From a virus, in the IMG/VR virus record IMGVR_UViG_3300045988_127492, positions 64,001 through 128,000 of that record: a stretch of DNA of 64,000 nucleotides; one strand, 5' to 3'. The notes beneath the pieces were generated by a model that did no database searches, had not been told where the DNA came from, and saw nothing but the letters and a program-made list of their open reading frames with translations. This document shows, piece by piece, positions 27,188 through 34,824 of this stretch (position 1 is its first letter; every line of letters starts with the position of its first letter). Position numbers and translations under genes: made by a program.

Positions 27188-28654
27188 TTAATGTTCTCCG
27201 TTTAATCTGTTTCTGATTTTTTCAAAACACTCATCATCATATGTTCCCCCATTAATGAACACTGTCCTTAATGCATCATCATATACAAGACTGTCATATC
27301 CATCTGCACACTGTAGTTCTCCATTTTCATCATAATAGATATAACAACATCCTTTATGAGATTTCTTTAAATGACTTGTATCAGTCTTCGGATCCTTATA
27401 AATCATGACTGGTTGTCCATTAACTTCTCCGAACGTAGCTTTCATAGCAATTCCAAACATATCTCTAGTTACAACGACCATACGTCCATCAGGTTCTACG
27501 ACCGCTGAAAAACAAAAAGCTCCCACACCAAAAACAATATTGTTCGCGGCGAATCCTTTCTTCTCAAGTTCCTCCCATACCTGCCTTACATTATTAAGAG
27601 TACAGCCATCTCCATAGATAATTCCAATATGAGGGTCCAGTACTTTATATCCTTTGCTATTCACTGATCCTTCAAATGTGTTCCAGAGTTTTTCAATTGT
27701 CTTTACTGAAATTTCTACCATATTTCCACTGTCCGGACGAACCAGAAGCTTACCGTTATGCTGCATAATTTCTTCTTTACAAGCTGGAAGAATGTTGTCA
27801 ATCATATTCCAGTAATCATATGTATCAGATACCATACTGAATGATGCATTAGGATAAAGCTCTGTAAGCAGTCTCTTCACAAATGTAATTTCATCTCCGT
27901 CTACGGCGAAGTTTGAAGCCATAACTGAGTGTTCTGTTGAGATTGCTCCAATTCCAATACCTTCTGTATAACAATCAGCATCGTAATATTTGTCCAAATA
28001 ATCAATTGCTGGGATTGTGCTGGTTTTATCGAATGATAATAACCATGCGGCAGAACATCTTTTAGCTTCTTCAATACAGGACATTCCTCTCATTCCAAAG
28101 TCAGAGCAAGCTAAATTGGGTTTTAAAGAGTCATCACAAGTCTTTTTGTAATAGAAATTAGCCAACTCTCTGTACATATGTCCGATTGTCGCATGAGCAC
28201 ATGGCTTCCAGAGTTCTACCTGCAGGATACATTCAATCCACTGTACAACCCATGCAAAGTCTGGATGTGTATTTGTGATCTCGATACACGGTACCCCCAT
28301 CGGAACCAGTGTTCCCTCCGGTAATGCGCGGATTTGAATTGGAAGATATCCTAATTCGTGGAGTTTAAGGATTGGAGAAATATCGTAATTTCTTTCCCCT
28401 AACTGGATATCCATACTATATGTATAGAGTTCCTGAATTTCGTCAGTATTCAACTTGAAAAAATCCCTTTTGAAATATTTAACAAGATACTCTTTAATAA
28501 AAGCCTGCAGTCCGAAGAAAACCATATGATCTTGCTCCTTTAACATTGATCTTCTCGGAGTCCAATAAGAGACTAACTTCGTAAGTCCCTTCGGATAGAT
28601 TTTATTATGGATTTGCTTATAAGTGTCACTTAATAAAATTGCAAGTGTATTCAT
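27188..28654 (-). CDS. NAMPT-family phosphoribosyltransferase (NadV-like; candidate Namat of NARP1)
   Basis: 488 aa. N-terminal LSDTYKQIH, YWTPR, and length and overall pattern of the nicotinamide phosphoribosyltransferase family. Confidence 0.75.
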   Translation of the reverse strand: MNTLAILLSDTYKQIHNKIYPKGLTKLVSYWTPRRSMLKEQDHMVFFGLQAFIKEYLVKYFKRDFFKLNTDEIQELYTYSMDIQLGERNYDISPILKLHELGYLPIQIRALPEGTLVPMGVPCIEITNTHPDFAWVVQWIECILQVELWKPCAHATIGHMYRELANFYYKKTCDDSLKPNLACSDFGMRGMSCIEEAKRCSAAWLLSFDKTSTIPAIDYLDKYYDADCYTEGIGIGAISTEHSVMASNFAVDGDEITFVKRLLTELYPNASFSMVSDTYDYWNMIDNILPACKEEIMQHNGKLLVRPDSGNMVEISVKTIEKLWNTFEGSVNSKGYKVLDPHIGIIYGDGCTLNNVRQVWEELEKKGFAANNIVFGVGAFCFSAVVEPDGRMVVVTRDMFGIAMKATFGEVNGQPVMIYKDPKTDTSHLKKSHKGCCYIYYDENGELQCADGYDSLVYDDALRTVFINGGTYDDECFEKIRNRLNGEH

Positions 28655-29043
28655 TATTTTTTATTCTCCTCTTTGTTGTTTACAACTTTATCAATCTGGT
28701 CAGTAATGTAATCAATAACATCCTTGCCGGTTTTCCCAACTGCTTGAATGTTATCTGTCGTTACATTATCTAATACAATCATTGTATACATTGTATCTTT
28801 CGATGGAGTTACTGCAAAAAGTAAACTACTAACGCAAAGCCAGATAACTGATTTCTTTAAATACTTTTTACATGCAACAACAGGTTCCTCATCCTGTTCA
28901 TAATCCATAGAACTAAGAAACCAAATAATTGATAATACCACCGCTGCACATCCAAGTAAAAATAATACAACACTAAATAATCCCTTTAAATCATCAAATA
29001 AATCAATTAAATAAATCAACCATGGGTTAATAATCGGTTTCAT
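28654..29043 (-). CDS. membrane protein (2 TM)
   Basis: 129 aa. Overlapping start/stop with neighbours. Confidence 0.5.
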   Translation of the reverse strand: MKPIINPWLIYLIDLFDDLKGLFSVVLFLLGCAAVVLSIIWFLSSMDYEQDEEPVVACKKYLKKSVIWLCVSSLLFAVTPSKDTMYTMIVLDNVTTDNIQAVGKTGKDVIDYITDQIDKVVNNKEENKK

Positions 29044-29056
29044 ATTTTTATCTCCT

Positions 29057-29446
29057 TTATAACTTTCCTATCAAACAGCTCCAAGTAAAACCAATCTGAA
29101 ACATATGAGTTATTTGATCTTGAATTAAATTAATTTTCTTTTTATTGGCTTTCATATCATCTACTAACATATGTATCAATAAATTCATAACCAATAATAA
29201 AGGATTCCATTTACCACCAATAATCATAAGCGCAATTGTTGGTGGTAACATAATCATAAATGACCAACTAAAGCTATGCATAAACAATGCTGCTAAATAA
29301 TCATATTTATATAATTTTCCTGGTGCATTCTTTTCCCACCATGATTTTTGCTTTGCAGATGCTAACCATCCTTGCAAGTAATAATCATCTACAATATGAC
29401 AGAAAATCATAGTAAATAAGATAAATATTTTATATGCAATATTCAT
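29057..29446 (-). CDS. DUF3307-like integral membrane protein
   Basis: 129 aa. CHIVDDYYLQ (HxxxDxxxQ) and a second HMLVDD motif. Confidence 0.4.
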   Translation of the reverse strand: MNIAYKIFILFTMIFCHIVDDYYLQGWLASAKQKSWWEKNAPGKLYKYDYLAALFMHSFSWSFMIMLPPTIALMIIGGKWNPLLLVMNLLIHMLVDDMKANKKKINLIQDQITHMFQIGFTWSCLIGKL

Positions 29447-30249
29447 TATCTAAACCTCTCAATCAGTTCAATCTTAGGACTTTCAAGATTTGTCAAAATC
29501 GTATCTGTCGTATAAATCTTCTCAATCAGTCCATTATTCTTCAGAAGCTCTCCATCATAAATAGTGTTTTCACAATGAGTAACATAGAGATAAATCTTAC
29601 CTACACCGGCCTCCTTTAGCTTTTTAGCACTATGATAAAAAGTACCGCCTCTGCTACAGATATCATCTACTATAAGGATATCTTTACCTGGGAGTTGATT
29701 AATTTCACCTGATAGATCAAGACCTTTGATTTCTCCTGTCTCCCAGTCTCTATTCTTAATACCAAACGCATATGGAAGATGTACCATGGAAGAATATCTC
29801 TTCATAGATCCTGCGTCTGGATAAAACATCATGAGATTATCACTCGCAATCTTCTTGACAGTAGCTTCAATCATTCGATTCGGTGACTCTACATGCACTT
29901 TATTAAATAACGCAACAGATACATCAGAGTGAGGATCTAAAACTTCTACCTTATTAAAATGCAATGAATTAATAATCTGAGCAAAATATTTTAAAGTAAA
30001 TAATTCGTTCTCATGCTTAACTCGATCCATACGAGCATCTGGGATATAAGGCATGTATAAACTAGGTACTACTCTATGGTCCCAACAATATCTAGCTATA
30101 TATTCAACTGCTGTTAACTCTTCCATTGATTCAAAGAACCATTCAATATTATCTCTACTCCATCCACCGATGGGTGGGAGATTCTTAAATAAGAATGTCC
30201 CATCCGGATATTTATCAAGTTTGATTTCTACACCGTTTAATTTAATCAT
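29446..30249 (-). CDS. short ribose-phosphate pyrophosphokinase-like enzyme (candidate Adps of NARP1)
   Basis: 267 aa. PRTase loop DILIVDDICSRGGTF and an N-terminal Prs-like half. Shorter than housekeeping Prs. Confidence 0.65.
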   Translation of the reverse strand: MIKLNGVEIKLDKYPDGTFLFKNLPPIGGWSRDNIEWFFESMEELTAVEYIARYCWDHRVVPSLYMPYIPDARMDRVKHENELFTLKYFAQIINSLHFNKVEVLDPHSDVSVALFNKVHVESPNRMIEATVKKIASDNLMMFYPDAGSMKRYSSMVHLPYAFGIKNRDWETGEIKGLDLSGEINQLPGKDILIVDDICSRGGTFYHSAKKLKEAGVGKIYLYVTHCENTIYDGELLKNNGLIEKIYTTDTILTNLESPKIELIERFR

Positions 30250-30604
30250 TCCAAATCTCCTTGTAATTTATTTCTCGCTGCTCAATGATGTTATTTCTTG
30301 TGAAAACAATCTCAAAATCTGAAATCTGTTTCGTTCCAACAAGCTGAAATTCATAAACTTTATATCCAAGTTTCTTCAGTTCAAGAACATCAGTAAGGCT
30401 GAACCAGTGTTTTAATGTTTCCTTTGATGGTGCTGCTGAGAACCACTGTTTCCCACCTTCTCTGTATAATTCACTATCTTCCATTGGCAGGTTTCTACTT
30501 AATCCTTCTGAGAGCTGGTCGAATACAGGATTCCATGTTCCATCAAAATTCCGCCACAGTCCATGTTTCTCAATTTGGTCTTCTACTCTATATCCGAAAA
30601 TCAT
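30242..30604 (-). CDS. hypothetical protein coupled to the Prs-like gene
   Basis: 120 aa; 8-nt overlap with the downstream gene. Confidence 0.5.
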   Translation of the reverse strand: MIFGYRVEDQIEKHGLWRNFDGTWNPVFDQLSEGLSRNLPMEDSELYREGGKQWFSAAPSKETLKHWFSLTDVLELKKLGYKVYEFQLVGTKQISDFEIVFTRNNIIEQREINYKEIWND

Positions 30605-30622
30605 TTCTTTTCTCCTATCACA

Positions 30623-31318
30623 CTAATCTGACAACTTTTCATTGTATTTTTCTTTTAGTTTTTCATAAGCGAGATGTGCTTCATATTCTGTTTCATATCT
30701 TCCACCATATATATTTTTACTATTGTGAACATATGTGACCTGCCATTTTCCATCTTTTAGTCTTGTTACACCTACATATCTTGATGTTGTTGTTAATTTT
30801 CTCCTGCCAAGCATTTCATCGAAATTAATTCTATTTGGTAAAAACATGCATGTCTCTATTGAGTATATTTTATTATTACTTCCAATATATGACATATCTT
30901 TATCTAATTGAATTTCTCCTTTTAAAAATTTTTGTTCATTATACCCTTTTATATTAGGGATATCTTTATAGAAATATTCAAAACACAACCATCTGTCGCA
31001 TACCCGTATTCCCTTCTCCCCGTACAATTTATATCCCTTATGATTTTTGTTGTAACATCTTTCAATCATAAATTTCCATAAATTAAATTCTTTCTTATGA
31101 TTGGATTTTTTTATATCGCCTTGACAGGCAACGCCATAATAAATAGGATAGTAAGGATCTCTTATTTCTCCATATATAACGCAAGATGCACATATATCTT
31201 TTTCATAATTAGTTAATAAAAATCTCACTCTATATTTCTGAGAATTATATCTTTTTATAATCTCATAATCTCCATATTTATTGGATTTTCTTATATCTCC
31301 AACTTTAATTTTACTCAT
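30623..31318 (-). CDS. AP2-domain DNA-binding protein, probable free-standing homing-endonuclease-like gene
   Basis: 231 aa. C-terminal RYVGVTRLKDGKWQVTY...YETEYEAHLAY (AP2 fold pattern) and WKFMIERCYN...YGEKGIRVCDRW block. Confidence 0.4.
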   Translation of the reverse strand: MSKIKVGDIRKSNKYGDYEIIKRYNSQKYRVRFLLTNYEKDICASCVIYGEIRDPYYPIYYGVACQGDIKKSNHKKEFNLWKFMIERCYNKNHKGYKLYGEKGIRVCDRWLCFEYFYKDIPNIKGYNEQKFLKGEIQLDKDMSYIGSNNKIYSIETCMFLPNRINFDEMLGRRKLTTTSRYVGVTRLKDGKWQVTYVHNSKNIYGGRYETEYEAHLAYEKLKEKYNEKLSD

Positions 31319-31877
31319 TTATGGCCTCAATCTGAAGTGATTTTAAAATTAACACCGTATTTTTATACATTTCTGTAGTAGTTGCAGCAGTACATTTTAA
31401 ATCAATAAATATATTTGCTTCTGGAAAAGCTGTTTTTAATAATACCAAATTAGTAATAACACATACATCCAAGCACAAACCACAAAGCTCTATGAAATAT
31501 TCGCCCTGAATTTCCTTATTTTCCGTTATAAATGGCTTTAAATATTCAATGAGTTCAAGAGATCCGAATGTATGTTTTAATATAGGTTTGTAATAACTGT
31601 ATCCTCTTAAACAATTGTAAATACTATCTTCAATTTGCCAACCATCTGAACTAACAATACAGTGCTTTATAGGTAATTTTTTACCTTCATTTGTCTCTAA
31701 GTAATCAGCATAATGAGTATCTTGTGTAGATATAATAATGCCATTATTTGATTTATACTCTTCAATTTTTTTCACTATATTTGGTACAACTGCCTGAGCT
31801 TCCGGTGTACCTAGCGAACCTGTCACAAAATCATTCTGCACATCAACTACAATCAGAACTTTCTTTTTACTTTCCAC
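31311..31877 (-). CDS. pncA: isochorismatase-family hydrolase, nicotinamidase-like
   Basis: 188 aa. VLIVVDVQNDF, KH and LCGLCLDVCV (catalytic D/K/C arrangement). Confidence 0.6.
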   Translation of the reverse strand: MESKKKVLIVVDVQNDFVTGSLGTPEAQAVVPNIVKKIEEYKSNNGIIISTQDTHYADYLETNEGKKLPIKHCIVSSDGWQIEDSIYNCLRGYSYYKPILKHTFGSLELIEYLKPFITENKEIQGEYFIELCGLCLDVCVITNLVLLKTAFPEANIFIDLKCTAATTTEMYKNTVLILKSLQIEAINE

Positions 31878-32490
31878 AAATATTACCTCCGATAATCATT
31901 TTCCCAAATGGATACTCGACAATTCCATAGCTGCATAGGACTTCCATTTCTTTAGTTGGATCATTTCCACACACCTCTAACAATGCCTCAACTTCTTCTA
32001 CTTTTCTATTGATTTGAGCTCTATCATCTTCATTATCCTTTAACAACTTATCTCTCATCTTTTTGCTATTTTCAGTCGCTTTATCAAACACATTAGGCAT
32101 CTCAACTTTATAGCCTTCATCCGTAAGTCGTTTCATACAAGCAATTAACTCATGTGTATTAGTATCTGAATTAAGTATCTCTAAAAGTTTTTCATTCATT
32201 TCCTTTTCGATTTTCTCAAGTGACCTTTTCTTCCAAAGTTTTACAACTGATGTGGAATTACTCACTGTTTTCACTTCCTTCTTTTCTGTCTGTAAAATAT
32301 TTGCTAAATTATCTTCTTTTAAATAAAAGTACCCAAAATTGGATTTTTCATTGTATTTTCCAGGTACCTCCACTGCAACGAGGCCGGTATCACATATGCC
32401 TTTAACAGTTCCATTAAAATGTAATAAATTACAAGATTGATACTTTTTAGGAACCGATATTATAAAGACTTTATTTCCTACATTAAACAT
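31867..32490 (-). CDS. hypothetical protein
   Basis: Start moved to MFNVGNK at 32490 (SD AGGAG). The longer track start would run into tRNA-Leu. Confidence 0.5.
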   Translation of the reverse strand: MFNVGNKVFIISVPKKYQSCNLLHFNGTVKGICDTGLVAVEVPGKYNEKSNFGYFYLKEDNLANILQTEKKEVKTVSNSTSVVKLWKKRSLEKIEKEMNEKLLEILNSDTNTHELIACMKRLTDEGYKVEMPNVFDKATENSKKMRDKLLKDNEDDRAQINRKVEEVEALLEVCGNDPTKEMEVLCSYGIVEYPFGKMIIGGNICGK

Positions 32491-32514
32491 TTTTAACTCC
32501 TTTCTATTTATTAA

Positions 32515-32596
32515 TCCACCCAGAGAGACTCGAACTCTCACGCCGTTAAGCATTAGAACCTAAATCTAACGTGTCTACCAGTTCCACCATGAGTGG
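32515..32596 (-). tRNA. tRNA-Leu (anticodon UAG), class II with long variable arm
   Basis: Hand-folded: acceptor CCACTCA/TGGGTGG, D arm GTGG-AACTGGTAGA-CAC, anticodon stem TTAGA/TCTAA with loop TTTAGGT, variable arm TGCTTAACGGCGT, T arm GAGAG-TTCGAGT-CTCTC. No encoded CCA. Confidence 0.85.
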
Positions 32597-32733
32597 GTAC
32601 AACTGGCAGGTAAACTGCCAATTGTTAATAATGAGAGCTACGATTATTTACTTATTCACTACTTACCAGCCTTGTACAAACTAAGAGCCAAGTATAATCA
32701 TGCTCATAAACTTTTACCAAGGATTTGATAAAT

Positions 32734-32827
32734 CTTTATTCTTTATGCTTTATTCTTTAATCTTTAAATTGGGATAAACTTTGAATTTTGAATTTTAAGA
32801 TTTGATATTTGAGCTTTGAACTTTACA
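32734..32827. repeat. Two blocks of tandem heptamers: 5 x CTTTAWD (32734-32768) and 7 x NTTTGAN (32779-32827)
   Basis: Read directly: CTTTATT CTTTATG CTTTATT CTTTAAT CTTTAAA, then CTTTGAA TTTTGAA TTTTAAG ATTTGAT ATTTGAG CTTTGAA CTTTACA. Lies in a 417-nt ORF-free spacer. Confidence 0.8.
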
Positions 32828-33013
32828 GCACTATGGCTATCTGCCTCATCTAATAATGTAAATATTAGACATACCAGTCTAATCCTTTTTGTATTTTATA
32901 CCATTTGCTGTATAAGTAATGCTGCAGTTTCTTTATTGTTTTATATATGTCTAACCCAGCTAAAAAGACATATAGATTATAGTTTAAAGTTTTCGATAAG
33001 CAGTGAATATATC

Positions 33014-33652
33014 TTAGTATGTAATTTCGATTTCTGTCAGAGAATTACTTACTGAAAGTGCCGCATCTACTTCAGCAGTGAACTCTGCAATTTCTGTTTC
33101 CAAATCCTCCATTTCTTTAAGAACACCAATTGGATCAACAAGTTCCATTGTCTGAGCTTCTATATAAGCTTCTCTAGTTTTTGTAAACTCTTCAGTAGAG
33201 GTTTTACCTTCTTTACTGCCATAGAGCCCTACAACATAATTTTCAGCTTTATCTTCCAATTTACCATTCTCAGTTATGATCTGAGCCATAGCAGCATCAT
33301 ACTGTTTTTTAATTTTCTGTTTTAAAAGTTTCTTGAAGTCCATTCCATGATTTTTCATTTCAATAGCTTCAGCTACTGTATACTCTTTATCGGCAACAGT
33401 GACTTTAGTTACTGCATTTGAAAGAACTACAGCTCTTTTAATAGCTTCTCTTCTCTTGATTAAATCAGTTGCTTTATCATAAGAAGATTTCATAACTCCT
33501 GTGTAAACTTTGATATCTACACCTTTGACTTTTGTGTTAGAATGCTTATTTGAAATACAAGCTTCTACACTGTTAATCGCTTTAATAATGCGATCATCTA
33601 AGATTTTCAGTTCTGCTAATGCCTTATGGACATTCATTTTTTCTGTTGTCAT
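33014..33652 (-). CDS. hypothetical helical protein embedded in the tRNA island
   Basis: 212 aa. Good SD (AGGAGG). Confidence 0.55.
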   Translation of the reverse strand: MTTEKMNVHKALAELKILDDRIIKAINSVEACISNKHSNTKVKGVDIKVYTGVMKSSYDKATDLIKRREAIKRAVVLSNAVTKVTVADKEYTVAEAIEMKNHGMDFKKLLKQKIKKQYDAAMAQIITENGKLEDKAENYVVGLYGSKEGKTSTEEFTKTREAYIEAQTMELVDPIGVLKEMEDLETEIAEFTAEVDAALSVSNSLTEIEITY

Positions 33653-33693
33653 AATAAATACCTCCTGAATTTTAAACTTTAAATTAGTTATCT

Positions 33694-33767
33694 GTGATAA
33701 GAGTGGACTCGAACCACTGACGCCAAGAGCTATGTGCTCTCCGCTCTCCCAACTGAGCTACTTATCA
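33694..33767 (-). tRNA. tRNA with CAU anticodon (Met or Ile2 type) and a non-canonical anticodon loop
   Basis: Acceptor TGATAAG/CTTATCA, D arm GCTC-AGTTGGGA-GAGC, T arm AGTGG-TTCGAGT-CCACT. Anticodon stem GAGAG/CTCTT with loop CACATAG, which puts A (not U) at position 33. Variable region is 6 nt. Confidence 0.65.
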
Positions 33768-33830
33768 CTTTTCATGCATGACCTGTCGTGCTGCAGTCAC
33801 AACAGGATTATGTGTACTTTTTCTTTCTCC

Positions 33831-34157
33831 TTATCCATTATAATTTTCTCCATAGATTGCGATTTCTGGTTTACCATTTTCATCTAATACGTAATATGGT
33901 GTAATGCCACTAATGCCACCATAACGGTCTGAACCTTGTGCTACATATACAATTTTAGTAGTTTTATCATATACAAAATATTGACTGACCATATACCACC
34001 CATTACTCGATGCGATTTTTATTTCCTTAAATTCAATAAATTGTCCAAATGATTGAACTTTTTCCCCACTGTCATTTATCTCTTTGTCACCACATCCTGC
34101 AAATGAAAATACCAATCCTGCCATCAATAATCCAACAGTCAAATTTTTAATTTTCAT
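33831..34157 (-). CDS. lipoprotein
   Basis: 108 aa. Signal peptide with lipobox FAGC. Confidence 0.6.
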   Translation of the reverse strand: MKIKNLTVGLLMAGLVFSFAGCGDKEINDSGEKVQSFGQFIEFKEIKIASSNGWYMVSQYFVYDKTTKIVYVAQGSDRYGGISGITPYYVLDENGKPEIAIYGENYNG

Positions 34158-34273
34158 TTAACTTCTCGCTTCCTTAAGTAATTCTTTTGAATTTTCATCA
34201 TCTAATTCAAGTTCTCGCTTGTTTCTTATTGGAACTTTACAGCCTATAAAAGTCACTCCTTCGTCAGGAGAAA

Positions 34274-34347
34274 TGGAAACTCTGGGACTCGAACCCAGGA
34301 CCGACCGGTTATGAGCCGGTTGCTCTAACCAACTGAGCTAAGTTTCC
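34274..34347 (-). tRNA. tRNA-Met (CAU), canonical elongator-type (or Ile2 if lysidinylated)
   Basis: Acceptor GGAAACT/AGTTTCC, D arm GCTC-AGTTGGTTA-GAGC, anticodon stem ACCGG/CCGGT with loop CTCATAA, T arm CTGGG-TTCGAGT-CCCAG. Confidence 0.85.
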
Positions 34348-34715
34348 ATAGTGGGTGAACTTTGAAAACACCCACATATAAAAACGTAACAACTATAATG
34401 ATTGATTTGTAATCATGTCAGCTACACGAACAGTCGTCACCATTCCGTTGCCCCATCACTCACCTCTACCTCACTGACTCAATTACTTTTTTCGCCTTAT
34501 ACTAATTACTCATTAGTACAAAGCACATCTATATAAATGTTTCGTACATCCAAACCATTACTACCAATGTACTGCGTTCCCTTTTTTGAACAGGTTCCAG
34601 TTATTAAACCATCCAAATTTTCACTTAAGTTTTATCTATGTTCGCCATGAACATAAGTAGGTATACCTTAGTTCTATTGGTTACCTCTTTGGCCTTCAGA
34701 GCTAACTTAGAACTA

Positions 34716-34787
34716 CGGGGTAGATGGGATTCGAACCCATGAATGCTGGAGTCAAATTCCAGTGCCTTGCCGCTTGGCCACTACCCT
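34716..34787 (-). tRNA. tRNA-Gln (UUG)
   Basis: AGGGTAG-TG-GCC-AAGCGGCAA-GGC, anticodon stem CTGGA/TCCAG with loop ATTTGAC, T arm ATGGG-TTCGAAT-CCCAT. Position 1-72 is an A-C mismatch. Confidence 0.8.
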
Positions 34788-34824
34788 CTATAGATACCTA
34801 TGAAGGTATCTATATATAGATTAT

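Noticed and set aside
32734-32827. CRISPR array
   Set aside because: The repeats are 7-nt units directly abutting each other with no spacers. No 25-40-nt repeat/spacer periodicity was seen anywhere in the window.
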